Assembly: GCA_963758915.1 (NCBI GenBank)
Contig: CAVWXH010000016.1
Coordinates: 128,001 to 192,000 of the forward strand
Source: an uncultured Methanomicrobiales archaeon
Lineage (GTDB): Archaea > Halobacteriota > Methanomicrobia > Methanomicrobiales > Methanospirillaceae
Reading direction: 5' to 3'
Length of the DNA stretch: 64,000 nucleotides
Shown here in pieces: positions 31,099-42,016 of the stretch (positions are counted from its first letter, which is position 1; the number at the start of each line of letters is the position of its first letter). Under the pieces are notes generated by a model. It worked only from the letters and a program-made list of their open reading frames with translations, did not search any database and was not told where the DNA came from. A program made the translations under genes and the position numbers.

Positions 31099-31870
31099 CG
31101 TCGTTGTGTGCGGGGCACTCGGGCGAATGGGCATGACTATCGGGCGAATGGTGAATGAATCGGCAGACCTTGACCTTGTCGGGGGGATTGATCTCAAACC
31201 CGGGTCATTTTTTGGGGCCGATGTTGTCGAATCATCGCAGCTGGCAAGGCTGCTTGAAGAGAAGCGTCCTGATATACTGATAGATTTTACCGTAGCAGAT
31301 GCGGCCGTCCAGAATGTGAAGACAGGAGCGAAAGCCGGCACTGCCCTTGTTATCGGTACTACCGGTTTCACTCCCGCCCAGCGGGCTGAAATGGCCGCCG
31401 CGATAAATGGGAATGTAGCGGCGGTTATCTCAAGCAACTATAGTATCGGGGTGAACATATTCTGGCAGCTCATCCGTGATGCAGCGCCATTGCTCGCCGA
31501 TTATGACATAGAGGTTACTGAAGCGCACCACCGGTATAAGAAGGACTCTCCGAGTGGTACTGCCCGGACAATCCTGCAAATCCTTGATGAGGAACTCGGG
31601 GAACGCAGGAAACAGTATGGCCGCGAGGGAATGAAGGAGAGGGAAAAATCCGAGATAGGTGTACATGTTATCAGGGGCGGGGATATTGTCGGAGACCACT
31701 CGGTGATGTTTTCCGGCAATTTCGAAACGATTACACTCTCCCATCGTGCATATGACCGGTCGGTATTTGCACAGGGTGCGCTCCGGGCGGCACGATGGGT
31801 CGTCTCCCGGGGGCCCGGCATCTACGGGATGGACGAAGTCCTTAACCTTAAACGAAAATCAGCCAACTAA
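31091..31870 (+). CDS. dapB: 4-hydroxy-tetrahydrodipicolinate reductase
   Basis: GALGRMG, IDFT, GTTG, EAHHRYKKDSPSGTA, RGGDIVGDH. Confidence 0.96.
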   Translation: MPSVVVCGALGRMGMTIGRMVNESADLDLVGGIDLKPGSFFGADVVESSQLARLLEEKRPDILIDFTVADAAVQNVKTGAKAGTALVIGTTGFTPAQRAEMAAAINGNVAAVISSNYSIGVNIFWQLIRDAAPLLADYDIEVTEAHHRYKKDSPSGTARTILQILDEELGERRKQYGREGMKEREKSEIGVHVIRGGDIVGDHSVMFSGNFETITLSHRAYDRSVFAQGALRAARWVVSRGPGIYGMDEVLNLKRKSAN

Positions 31871-31945
31871 TCGTATTTTTTTGGTAATACCGATACGTTA
31901 TTTATATTTTTAATGCCCATATTAAAGGACAAAGTGATACTATCC

Positions 31946-32119
31946 ATGACTGCAATTGTTGACGAAGGAAAATGTACTGCCTGTGAGACATGTGTCGATG
32001 AGTGCCCGGCCCAGGCAATTTTAATGAATAATGAAAAGGCAAAGGTTGACAAGGAACTGTGTGTTGATTGTGGTTCCTGTGTCGATGTATGTCCATCCGA
32101 GGCAATCCACCTCGAATAA
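31946..32119 (+). CDS. 2[4Fe-4S] ferredoxin
   Basis: CTACETCVDECP and CVDCGSCVDVCP. Confidence 0.93.
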   Translation: MTAIVDEGKCTACETCVDECPAQAILMNNEKAKVDKELCVDCGSCVDVCPSEAIHLE

Positions 32120-32165
32120 AAATCAAACGATTTAATTACTCCAATGATATAGCTATTTTCTATCT

Positions 32166-33182
32166 ATGATCAATGTTGGAGTATTAGGCGCGACGGGCGC
32201 TGTAGGTCAGCGGTTTGTACAACTTCTTGCTGACCATCCCTGGTTTCACCTCAAGGCTCTCACTGCCTCGGACAGGAGTGCAGGAAAGTTATACCGGGAC
32301 GTTGTAAACTGGCGGGTGGATGTGCCATTTCCTGAAAAATTTGGTGATATCCGCATAAGCCCTACTACCACAGAGAGCCTGAAAGGTGTTGACCTGGTCT
32401 TCTCTGCATTACCGGCAGAGATTGCCGGGAGTGTGGAGACGATGTGCGCTGATGCTGGTATCGGGGTCTGCAGTAATGCAAGCTCACACCGTATGGAGAA
32501 GGATATCCCGCTTGTCGTTCCTGAGGTAAACCCTGATCACCTGGGCCTTATCGATGTCCAGCGGGATAATGGCAGAGACGGGTTTATCGTCACCAATCCT
32601 AACTGTTCAACAATTATGCTTGTGATGTCTCTTGCCCCCCTCAGGTCCTTTGCATTCTCAGATGTTAGGGTGGCAACCATGCAGGCGATTTCAGGTGCAG
32701 GTTTCCAGGGTGTTGCTGCCATGGCGATCTATGACAACATAATTCCCTACATCGGCGGGGAAGAACAGAAAATGGAAACTGAGTCCCTGAAGATTATGGG
32801 GGCCCTTGAAGGCTCTGAAGTGAAGAATGCACCGTTCACGGTGAGCGCGAGCTGTCACCGGGTACCGGTAATCGATGGTCATACCATGGCGGTCTGGATC
32901 GATATTAAGGAGAAGGTGGAGAAGGTCATCGAATCTTATAAACTCTATAAGCCCCCTATCAGCGGTCTTCCTACCCAGCCATTACAATCCGTTCACCTGT
33001 TTGACGAACCCGACAGGCCCCAGCCAAGACTCGACCGGCTTCGCGGGGACGGGATGACGGTGTCTGTGGGTAGAGTCCGTGAAGGACTGCGGTATGTAAC
33101 GATGGGGCATAATACCGTCCGGGGGGCAGCCGGGGCATCAGTCCTTAATGCTGAATTGATTTACACAAAAAAATACCTCTGA
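32166..33182 (+). CDS. asd: Aspartate-semialdehyde dehydrogenase
   Basis: GATGAVGQ, PEVNPDH, NPNCST, QAISGAG, RVPVIDGH, HNTVRGAAG. Confidence 0.97.
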   Translation: MINVGVLGATGAVGQRFVQLLADHPWFHLKALTASDRSAGKLYRDVVNWRVDVPFPEKFGDIRISPTTTESLKGVDLVFSALPAEIAGSVETMCADAGIGVCSNASSHRMEKDIPLVVPEVNPDHLGLIDVQRDNGRDGFIVTNPNCSTIMLVMSLAPLRSFAFSDVRVATMQAISGAGFQGVAAMAIYDNIIPYIGGEEQKMETESLKIMGALEGSEVKNAPFTVSASCHRVPVIDGHTMAVWIDIKEKVEKVIESYKLYKPPISGLPTQPLQSVHLFDEPDRPQPRLDRLRGDGMTVSVGRVREGLRYVTMGHNTVRGAAGASVLNAELIYTKKYL

Positions 33183-33197
33183 CAGGGGACCACGTAC

Positions 33198-33491
33198 ATG
33201 ATCAAAGACAATACAGTTTTCGTAGGAAACAAACCAGTCATGAACTACGTTCTGGCAGTCGTCACACAGTTCAACAATGGAGCAGAGGAAGTTGCAATAA
33301 AGGCCAGGGGTAAGGCAATATCACGGGCGGTCGATACAGCTGAGATTTCACTGAACCGGTTCCTTGAAGGAGTCAGCAAAAAAGAGATCATCACCTGTAC
33401 AGAAGTGATTGATACCGATAGTGGAAAGACTAATGTTTCCAGTATTGAGATCATCCTAATTTCACAGGGTGGCGAAATAAAAAAGCAATAA
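33198..33491 (+). CDS. albA: Chromatin protein Alba
   Basis: [33 protein letters not shown]. Confidence 0.97.
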   Translation: MIKDNTVFVGNKPVMNYVLAVVTQFNNGAEEVAIKARGKAISRAVDTAEISLNRFLEGVSKKEIITCTEVIDTDSGKTNVSSIEIILISQGGEIKKQ

Positions 33492-33629
33492 CAAAATTTT
33501 ATCATTATGTGACATTTTTTAAATTTAAACGCTATTTTACTATTATTATTGCAAATGGCAGGCAATTTTTGGTTCTTGAACCCAACGTTACCAGAAAGGA
33601 TATAAGATGTGCGCCGAAATATAGTACTG

Positions 33630-34076
33630 ATGAGAGTAAGAGTCATCGCCGTTCTTTGTCTAATTATCATGAGTATGGCGATGCCGGTCCTGGCAGCGAA
33701 TGATGAGCGTTACAGCTACATCAAGATTAATGATATGACTATCAATCTCGAGAAGGACCAGGCGAATATCAAGGTGAATTATACCATTGACCCCGGTACA
33801 CAGCTTATCGTGTACCTTCTTGGCAAACAGGACCTGAAAAATAAATTATTAAAAGTCTTAAACTATGAAGATGCCACGGTAAAAAATGTGGAGATGAACA
33901 GTGCAGAGATCCAGATTAATGATATTTCATATGATTATGGCAAGGGGATCTACTGGTTCCCTGAACATGAATTCAATGTTGTAATCCCAAATCTCAGGGT
34001 TGTTTCTCCACAGGTCACCCGGGAATACCGTAATACTAAAAAGTTCTCTGATGGGATGGGCTTTTTCGACCGATAA
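33630..34076 (+). CDS. Hypothetical secreted protein
   Basis: Signal-peptide-like N-terminus (MRVRVIAVLCLIIMSMAMPVLA). Confidence 0.75.
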   Translation: MRVRVIAVLCLIIMSMAMPVLAANDERYSYIKINDMTINLEKDQANIKVNYTIDPGTQLIVYLLGKQDLKNKLLKVLNYEDATVKNVEMNSAEIQINDISYDYGKGIYWFPEHEFNVVIPNLRVVSPQVTREYRNTKKFSDGMGFFDR

Positions 34077-34198
34077 TTAAGCCAGTCCTGATCAGGCCCC
34101 CGATTTGTTGCATTCTTTGGCTGATCTGAAAAACTCCGGCAGAACAATATGAGAGGCCACCTTTTTATTGCTCATCTATGAGTAAAAGACTCATAGCA

Positions 34199-34384
34199 GT
34201 CTTTGTCGAAACCCTGTACGCTTATAAAAAGGAAGGGAAACTACGCAGACTGGAGGGAAGTTTCAACCCCTTATGGTCCAACCCCCCATACGATATCCTT
34301 TGGGCCGGGTTCAACTACAGTACTCCTGAAAATGTCAGAGATTAAAGGTCATTCCCTATCCAGAGAGCATTTCGACAGAACAGC
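34199..34384 (+). repeat. Internally deleted module A bounded by inverted junction sites
   Basis: Left CTTTGTCGAAACCCT, right AGCATTTCGACAGAAC; interior GAC.GGAGGG..GTTTCA, CGATATCC, TCAGAGATT, CTATCC. Confidence 0.75.
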
Positions 34385-34557
34385 ATGTTATAATTTATAC
34401 GGCAAAAAACCGGTATACCCTCCATTCAAATCCGGGCTTCAAGAGGCGTTATTCTGAATCTTTCTCCAGGAATTCCGGTCAGGGCCTCTACCATCTCAAG
34501 AATGGAATGCCGGTATTCAAAAAGCGATGGTAATCCGGTGCCATGGATTCAGGGGGC

Positions 34558-35694
34558 CTAGACTATTTCGATGAACTCTTCCTCTGGTTGCTGGTCTATG
34601 ATCCAGCGGTTAATGTAACGCTGAATGCCCACTCCTGCAAATATACATGCAAATCCTCCGATTATGCCAAAGAATATATACTGGAGCGCTGTTTCAGACG
34701 TATAGGGGAACTCCGCTACTGCAGATACTGACATGACATAGATACTGGCACCATAGGCGATCAAGCCGATTGCACTGATAAAGAAAGGAAATACAATGAC
34801 CTTTGCAAGTCCTTCCCGTTCGTAAAAGAAATTATCTATGATAATCCCTATAGACGCAACGACGCCCCCAAGAGTGATCCAGAGTACCGAGCCATAGATA
34901 AAGGTCACAAGGTACAGGAGTATTCCAAATGATCCGTCCGAGGGATAATGCTCGAGAATACTCATCAGCCCCAGTACCAGTCCGACAATGAGGAGCAGAA
35001 TACCAACGATATACGTTACAAATGAAAACCTGGCCCTTTTTAATGAGATTTTGAGGGCATTTACAAATCCACTGAATGAATCATCAATGCCAAACCCGCG
35101 ATACAGGAGGTACACTCCGATAACCCCGACAACGATGATTGTTGCGATTTGAGGATACCCGAGAAGGTTTGCCCCGGCATACAGGAGCATGGCAAGCCCC
35201 AGGGGGACCAGGAAAATCCTTGCGATTTTCGGGTCGTTTAAAAGTTTTTTAATTATATAATAGGTGCCTTCAAGGTTTGGGATCTGGGATACCACGACAC
35301 GGCGGATACTTGCTACCTGCAGCTTTGACTGGATAATAGGGATAACAAATTCATCCTCTGCACCATCGGCGATCATGATGCAGCTGGTGACTCCGGTCTG
35401 CTGAACTACCATACCAAGGTGTTCTGCGATACGACGGTCACCTTCTATCATATTCATATGGTTACCGGAAATGAGTGCTACCTCGACGTCCTCACCAGCG
35501 GTTTTAAGTTCGTCGTAGGTCTTGACTGCCTGGAAGATTGCATTCACATCGGAATCTTCAGGATCGGCGAGGCCAAGGGTCACTGCAGCATTGAGGCACT
35601 CTTCACGACCTATTACGGGGCTAACTATACCTGCCTTGTAGCCGATATCATCGTCCCGGTCCACGGAGAGGACCAGTGTTCGCCCCTGTGCCAT
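34558..35694 (-). CDS. DUF373 family membrane protein
   Basis: LVLSVDRDDDIGYKAG, DPEDSDVN, DGAEDE, followed by multiple TM helices. Confidence 0.88.
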   Translation of the reverse strand: MAQGRTLVLSVDRDDDIGYKAGIVSPVIGREECLNAAVTLGLADPEDSDVNAIFQAVKTYDELKTAGEDVEVALISGNHMNMIEGDRRIAEHLGMVVQQTGVTSCIMIADGAEDEFVIPIIQSKLQVASIRRVVVSQIPNLEGTYYIIKKLLNDPKIARIFLVPLGLAMLLYAGANLLGYPQIATIIVVGVIGVYLLYRGFGIDDSFSGFVNALKISLKRARFSFVTYIVGILLLIVGLVLGLMSILEHYPSDGSFGILLYLVTFIYGSVLWITLGGVVASIGIIIDNFFYEREGLAKVIVFPFFISAIGLIAYGASIYVMSVSAVAEFPYTSETALQYIFFGIIGGFACIFAGVGIQRYINRWIIDQQPEEEFIEIV

Positions 35695-35768
35695 TTCAGT
35701 ATAGAAATAGACCACGAATCTATTAAATAATTGCCCGTGCGTTGAAAAAAAGAGGAGATATTTTAAAA

Positions 35769-36629
35769 TTATAGCATTTTTGAACGTTGCAGGAGCAGTA
35801 GATCATCAGTTGTGAGTTTCTCACCTGAACGGAACATCTTGAAGATATGCTCTGCCTCTTTCCTGACAGCTTTCTGCTCTTTGGTAACTTTGACTTTCTT
35901 TGTCTTCTTGCGGAGCCCGGAGATGACTTTGTCGTAGTCACGAAGTTCCTTCTGGCATGCAATGAAGAATTTATGTTCCGCATCGGCAGCTTCCTGCGCC
36001 TCAACAAAAAGCCTGTGTTGTGCATCAGCCTCTTCACGCGACTTGTCAGCTTTGCGGTAGAATTCAACCATCAGGTCATGGTGTTTCTGGGCAAGCTCCG
36101 CCATTTCGGTGACTTTTGCGTGAATGTCGGATGCCTCTTTCCGATATTCCCGTGCAGAGGTGATCTTGGTCTTGATCTCCTTATTCTGCTCTAATTCAGC
36201 CTCCTGCTCCCTCACGGAGGATTTCATCTGCTTTATCTTGTCGATAAGTTCTCGTTCCTTATCGGTGCTGATGACCTCTGTCTGCTGGCGGAATTCGAGG
36301 TGTTCGATCTGTTTCTGGATCTCCTTGATACCCCGGTTTTTTACACCGCCATGCTCCTTTTTGAAGGACTCAATTTCGTCAAAAAATTCGTTGGCCTTCT
36401 CATTCAGGTCATTCCGGAGGTCCTTAAATGACTGTACCTCGTTGTTGGATTTATCCCGGAGGTCCTTGTTGGTCTGCGCCTCCTCCACATACTCCCGTGT
36501 CTTGTTGTTTAAGGCGTTCCGCTCTTTTGCATACTTGCTTGCAGCTGCGTTCAGCTCATTTCTTCTGTTTTTATGCTGTTCAGACTCGGCGAGAATCTTC
36601 TTTCTCTTCTCAATTAATTCGTTCAACAT
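35769..36629 (-). CDS. Archaeal coiled-coil protein (COG1340-like)
   Basis: Heptad-rich, LEFRQQT, AQKHH..M, GEKLTTDDLLLLQ; start placed at ATG 36629. Confidence 0.85.
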   Translation of the reverse strand: MLNELIEKRKKILAESEQHKNRRNELNAAASKYAKERNALNNKTREYVEEAQTNKDLRDKSNNEVQSFKDLRNDLNEKANEFFDEIESFKKEHGGVKNRGIKEIQKQIEHLEFRQQTEVISTDKERELIDKIKQMKSSVREQEAELEQNKEIKTKITSAREYRKEASDIHAKVTEMAELAQKHHDLMVEFYRKADKSREEADAQHRLFVEAQEAADAEHKFFIACQKELRDYDKVISGLRKKTKKVKVTKEQKAVRKEAEHIFKMFRSGEKLTTDDLLLLQRSKML

Positions 36630-37258
36630 GCAATACTCATCCTCGATAATCGATTCCGGTAATACCCTCGGACAGGAAAGACAGGTTTTTGGGATAACGG
36701 TGTGGCAGGATGAGGGAGGAAAGAACAATCAGAGTTTACAATCACGTTGTTTCCCGGTAGAAAAGTAACAGGCATTACCCTTGTAACAATCCGGAGAAAC
36801 GGTAATTTTCGAGTGCAACCTGCGTTGCCCTTGTTCATCTGTCTGTTCATGATGTTCAACTCCCGATACCAATCTGCCATTTGAGCAACCGTGGCGGTTT
36901 ACTCCGGACAGACACCCAGTATTCCAGATGAGGGATTATCTGAAAGACTTTCTAGTATTTAGAAGACACCGGAATTATTAAGCGTTTCGCTGATACCCGG
37001 ATCTCCCTCTACGATACGAGGTAGCTGGGTTGTTATTTACCCTGATAACCTGGCGGGCTTTCTTGGGAAAAATAAGGGTGTAATGGAGTAATCCGTGAAT
37101 ATTCTATTCTTCTGTTTATCAAGGCGCTTATTATTCAGTATCGGAAACCCAGGGACTGTCCAGGGACCCCGGACGGGATTGCATCTATCGCACCTGAAAA
37201 GGACGTTAAAAAACAAATTTCACAAAAGTGGAAGAGTGAGGTTTAACTGTTTTTTTGT

Positions 37259-38413
37259 TTACCCGACCCATTCCAGAAGACTTCCACCGCTTGTCATATC
37301 GCGGGATTTCCTGTTCTTTGGCAGTTCTACCATCTTTGGATTTGCTTTTTTCTGGTCCATATCTGCGATCATAGACTTGTAGGTCTGCCGGTTTCCAAGG
37401 AGTGCTCCTTTTTCGACACCGGTCATGATTGCGAGAACCCGTACCTTGCCTTCCATATCGTTCCGTACACGGGCGCCCCAGATAACATCTGCATGGGGAT
37501 CGAGTTCATACGTGAGCGAAGTGGCAATTTCCTCCGCATCCTGAAGTGTAAGGTCGCTTCCACCCGTTATGTGGATCAGGCTCCCTGTGGCGCCACGGTA
37601 ATCAATATCCAGCATCGGGTTTGAGAGACATTCCCTCACAACACTCTCTGATTTGTTCTGCTGCTTGCTTTCACCTACAAGCATCACGGCGACTCCTCCC
37701 TTGCTCATAATCGCGCGCACATCTGCGTAATCGATATTGATCAATGACGGTTCCGTGATCGTTTCGCTGATACCTTTTACTGTCTCTCCGATCAACTGGT
37801 CCATTACCGAGAAAGCCTGTCCGAGGGGCAGGTTTGGCACGAAGTTCTTCAGTCTGTTGTTGTCAAGGACAATTACAGAGTCTGATGCTGCAGACAGGGC
37901 CTCAAGTCCTTCCTCAGCCCGGATCAGGCGCGCCTTTTCCACCTGGAACGGGTAACTTACCATTGCAACAACGATAGCCCCCTGTTCTTTTGCGATCTGG
38001 GCTACAACCGGTGCTGAACCAGTCCCTGTACCGCCACCCATACCAGCTGTAATGAAACAGAGGTCTGCGGATTCGAGGAGTGCTTCGAGAGTCGGCCTCG
38101 CCATCTCTGCCGCTCTTTTCCCTACATCAGGATAGCCACCTGCACCAAGACCCCTGGTGAGTGATTTGCCAATCAGGACTCTTTTGTCTGCCTGGACCAT
38201 GTCAAGATGCTGTTTATCGGTATTGATCGCGATAGTTTCAGCACCGTTCACTCCCATGTGGTGCAACCTGTTGACGGTGTTGTTTCCTGCGCCACCGCAC
38301 CCGATGATAACGATACGCGGCTGCCCGACAAAATCATCGTCAATTGCACCCCCGTTTTTCATCTCCTTTTCAATCTCTGAATTTTTTAATGCCTCGTTGA
38401 TAATAGTCTGCAT
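37259..38413 (-). CDS. ftsZ: Cell division protein FtsZ (FtsZ2-type context)
   Basis: [27 protein letters not shown] tubulin signature, NIDYADV. Confidence 0.97.
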   Translation of the reverse strand: MQTIINEALKNSEIEKEMKNGGAIDDDFVGQPRIVIIGCGGAGNNTVNRLHHMGVNGAETIAINTDKQHLDMVQADKRVLIGKSLTRGLGAGGYPDVGKRAAEMARPTLEALLESADLCFITAGMGGGTGTGSAPVVAQIAKEQGAIVVAMVSYPFQVEKARLIRAEEGLEALSAASDSVIVLDNNRLKNFVPNLPLGQAFSVMDQLIGETVKGISETITEPSLINIDYADVRAIMSKGGVAVMLVGESKQQNKSESVVRECLSNPMLDIDYRGATGSLIHITGGSDLTLQDAEEIATSLTYELDPHADVIWGARVRNDMEGKVRVLAIMTGVEKGALLGNRQTYKSMIADMDQKKANPKMVELPKNRKSRDMTSGGSLLEWVG

Positions 38414-38427
38414 TTCTTCTTACCCTC

Positions 38428-38607
38428 CTAAACCTTGAATGAAACCTGGTCGCTGTCTCTGATTATACGGCCTGCTCGCCGTTCGATGAGTTGACGAACC
38501 GCATCCCGCACTGCTTCTGATACTGTCGGGAACTCTCCGGCATCTACCATCTGCTCTAGCAATTCGATTTGTTGTTCGGGTAACCGGAGTGTGATTCGCT
38601 TCATCAT
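38428..38607 (-). CDS. cdrS: Ribbon-helix-helix regulator, CdrS-like
   Basis: [34 protein letters not shown], directly upstream of ftsZ. Confidence 0.88.
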   Translation of the reverse strand: MMKRITLRLPEQQIELLEQMVDAGEFPTVSEAVRDAVRQLIERRAGRIIRDSDQVSFKV

Positions 38608-38622
38608 AACTTTCACCTAGTT

Positions 38623-38683
38623 CTGACAATTGACTGACAATTGTCTGACAATTGACAGACAGATAGAACCTATTTGTCTGACA
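38623..38683. promoter_or_regulatory. Putative RHH operator array upstream of cdrS-ftsZ
   Basis: CTGACAATTGA / CTGACAATTGT / CTGACAATTGA in tandem (11-bp period) plus TGTCTGACA at 38675; minus-strand TATA (TTTATATA) at about 38714-38721. Confidence 0.65.
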
Positions 38684-38816
38684 AACCAGATAAACCAGAA
38701 TATTACGTTTATCTATATAAATCTTTTTAGATCCGCCAGGGCCGGAATGAAGAGGCCCGATTCGTAACGAATTTAAGCCCCGATATTCTACATAAACCCA
38801 TAAAGAGGACGAAACT

Positions 38817-39815
38817 GTGGGATCAGGACTTCCGGTAAAAGGAAAGCATGGGGGGATGATAAAAAAATACCTGGAAATGACAGGGGAGAACGCTATTGAT
38901 TTCAGCGCGAGCCTGAATCCTTTCCCACCTGAAATGGAATGGGATTTTCCCCCCCTCCTCCTGGACCATTACCCGGATGATGATTACATTCAGCTGAAGG
39001 AAGTAATTGGCCGCCTGTTCCACCGGGATGTTGAAGAAATTGCAGTAGGAAACGGGTCAATAGAATTAATCCGTTCATTTTGCCAGGCGATCTTCCGAAA
39101 CCACGGGGCCGCAAAAATAGACCCTCCTACCTTTGGGGAATACCTCCTGTCCGTGCAGCTGGCTGGCGGACACCAGATGAAAGAAGGCGAAATCCCCTCT
39201 GCCGCTTTCCTTTGCAACCCTAATAATCCGACCGGGCGGATAACCCGGAAAAAAGATGTTTGCCGGCTCCTGAAGTTATACGCTGACCAGGGCACAGTCC
39301 TGTTACTTGACGAAGCATTTATTGAACTATCAGACCCCGGTGAGAGTCTTGTTGATAAAAGGCACCCTCATATGTGTATCCTTCGTTCGCTGACCAAGTG
39401 TTTTTCGGTTCCCGGTCTTCGGTTCGGTTATGCGTTTGCCGACCCCGACCTTGTATGCGCCCTGGAGGTGTTGCGTTCTCCATGGAGTGTCAATGCATTT
39501 GCTGAACATTTTGCTATCGAGGCCTTTAAAAAATACCATGAACTTGAGGAATCACGAAAAAAAATAACGAATGAACGCAATTACCTTGTAAACTCACTTC
39601 TTGACCTGGGATTCACCGTGACACCTTCTTCCGCCAACTTCATCCTTGTTGATACCGGAATGGACGCCGGTGTCCTTTGTAATTCACTGACCCGTCATGG
39701 AATACTAGTCCGCGACTGTACATCGTTTGGTCTCCCCCGTTCGATCAGGATATCTGTCCGGACCCGTCCCGAGAATACATCTCTCATCGAGGCATTACGC
39801 GCATGCGTGCAATGA
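38817..39815 (+). CDS. cobD: Threonine-phosphate decarboxylase / class I-II aminotransferase
   Basis: HGG, DFSASLNP, GNGSIELI, CNPNNPTG, DEAF, RSLTKCFSVPGLRFGY; overlaps cobY. Confidence 0.85.
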   Translation: MGSGLPVKGKHGGMIKKYLEMTGENAIDFSASLNPFPPEMEWDFPPLLLDHYPDDDYIQLKEVIGRLFHRDVEEIAVGNGSIELIRSFCQAIFRNHGAAKIDPPTFGEYLLSVQLAGGHQMKEGEIPSAAFLCNPNNPTGRITRKKDVCRLLKLYADQGTVLLLDEAFIELSDPGESLVDKRHPHMCILRSLTKCFSVPGLRFGYAFADPDLVCALEVLRSPWSVNAFAEHFAIEAFKKYHELEESRKKITNERNYLVNSLLDLGFTVTPSSANFILVDTGMDAGVLCNSLTRHGILVRDCTSFGLPRSIRISVRTRPENTSLIEALRACVQ

Positions 39816-40402
39816 TTATGGCTGGTGGAGCCGGTTCCCGCCTTGCGCTTGGTGAAAAACCTCTGGTGACAATAAACGGGCGACCCATGATCTCTCTTGT
39901 CCTGTCTGCCTTCGAAAAGACCGGTTATGACGTTGTTATCGTTGCCTCCCCCCGGACCCCGTTCACCATGAACTGGGCGAGGGTCCACGGGTATGACTGT
40001 ATCCGGGCATCAGGGCATGGATATCACCGGGACCTTCTGGAGGCTGTAAAGACCATTGAAGAAACCGGCCCCTTTTTCACCTGTGTTTCAGACCTCCCCT
40101 GTCTTTCTGCGGAGCATGTCACAGAAATCCGCGCTGCATACGAAAGCTCGGGAAAGGAGGCCCTTTCAACCTGGGTACCTGTCCCACCCGGGAGTGAAGG
40201 GGTTGACATAGCTTATGCGGAATGTATTTGCGGGGTTGAAGCATGCCCTGCGGGAATAAATATCATCAGGGGTGACCTTATCGACCGCCCCCAGGAAGAA
40301 GAACAACTCCTCATAATGGACCGGTATCTCGCCTATAATATCAATAACCGGGCAGATCTGGAAAAAGTACGCAGGTTCCTCTCGCTTTCAGAACCGGTAT
40401 AG
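39803..40402 (+). CDS. cobY: Adenosylcobinamide-phosphate guanylyltransferase (NTP transferase)
   Basis: IMAGGAGSRL..EKPL, SDLP, GINI, NINN. Confidence 0.82.
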   Translation: MRAMIMAGGAGSRLALGEKPLVTINGRPMISLVLSAFEKTGYDVVIVASPRTPFTMNWARVHGYDCIRASGHGYHRDLLEAVKTIEETGPFFTCVSDLPCLSAEHVTEIRAAYESSGKEALSTWVPVPPGSEGVDIAYAECICGVEACPAGINIIRGDLIDRPQEEEQLLIMDRYLAYNINNRADLEKVRRFLSLSEPV

Positions 40403-40679
40403 GAAGGTGGCACTGGAACAATATCAGGGTACTCTGCTATGTTGAAACATTAAAAAAAACAGGACATTTCAGTCCTTCAGATCAAAATAACATAAACACG
40501 TCACACTGCCATAATTGAACGTCAGATGAACTGTCCGGTTCTTCCGAACTCTTATAATTACCATGTGATTAGGCACCTGCCTGGCCCCATTGGAACGTTG
40601 AATTGTATTGCTAACAAAAAATTACGACCGGAATTAAAGCAAAAATAAGATAAAATAGCAGCAGAGCCCATATTCTATT

Positions 40680-41917
40680 ATGGAAGCCTCGCGGGAGATC
40701 GAGCTTGAAGGCCATATTATCGACTCGGGCATCATGACTCAGATCTTTGATAAGATCATGGATATGGGTGGTAATTTCGAGATCCTCGTATTTGATGTAG
40801 GAAAACAGAAGACTGACCCAAGTTATGCGCGCCTGAAAGTTAATGCCGCGAGTGATGAACGAGTCGATGCCATCATATCCGAGCTCCACCGCTATGGTGC
40901 CCGCCTTCTTGCAATCGCGGATGTCAGAATAATACCGGCAGAGGCTGACCGTGTTGTCCCAAAAGGTTTCTATTCAACGACCAATTACCCGACATCGATT
41001 AAGTTCCTTGAGTCGTGGATCCCGGTCCAGGCGATAGAGATGGACTGCCTCATTGTGCTCGATACAGAGAGGCTTATCGCAAGGAGCACACCGCTGTCAA
41101 AGCTGAAGAAAGGTGACATGGTAGTCGTCGGCGAGCAGGGTGTACGGATCGTACCCCTGAACGGCCAAGGGAAAAGACCAGCTTTGAATTCATGCACGGG
41201 ACGGTATCTTCAGAGCGTCCCAGTGAAACGATAATCGCGAGAATTGCGAAGGAGATCCTCGAGGTGCACAGGAAGGGAGGAAAAATTGCCCTGGTGGGAG
41301 GACCTGCAATCATTCACACCGGTGCTGACAGGGCACTGGCCGAAATCATCAGGAAAGGTTACATAAATGTCATTTTTGCAGGGAATGCGCTTGCCACCCA
41401 TGATATCGAGTACAACCTGTTCGGTACCTCGTTAGGGATGGACCTGTCAACAGGTAAACCTGTAACCGGCGGGCATAAAAACCACCTGTATGCGATCAGC
41501 GAGGTCATGAGGGCCGGGTCAATTAAAAATGCGGTTGAACAGGGTATCATCACGGGGGGCATTATGTTCGAGTGCGTGAAAAACGATGTACCCTTCGTCC
41601 TGGCAGGGTCCATCAGGGATGACGGTCCCCTCCCCGATGTGATTACCGATATCCTTGTTGCACAGGACCGGATGCGTGACTATACCCAGTCATGCAGCAT
41701 GGTCCTGATGGTGGCAACCCTGCTCCATTCAATCGCGGTGGGTAACTGCCTGCCCTCCTATGTCAAGACAATATGTGTCGACATCAATCCTTCATCGGTG
41801 ACAAAATTAATGGACCGTGGGACTATGCAGGCAATCGGTGTAGTCAGTGATGCCGGCACATTCCTGCCACTCCTGGCAAAACAACTTGATATCCAGAGTG
41901 GATGCAATCAAATCTGA
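40680..41917 (+). CDS. TIGR00300 family protein (LOR/SDH-like, putative ornithine cyclodeaminase); one frameshift at about 41154-41157
   Basis: [20 protein letters not shown], then [40 protein letters not shown] in the next frame; one added C joins a 412-aa protein. Confidence 0.85.
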
Positions 41918-42016
41918 AAATTACTACCGGGTGTACCTTTTTTTTAACAGGGTCAGAATTCCCTCTTTTCCGGGTTTTTAAAAAAAATATACCCATGGAC
42001 AGCCGGTGTACTTTCC

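Noticed and set aside
41140-41170. Programmed ribosomal frameshifting in the TIGR00300 gene
   Set aside because: No X XXY YYZ slippery site or clear stimulatory structure; a homopolymer indel is simpler.
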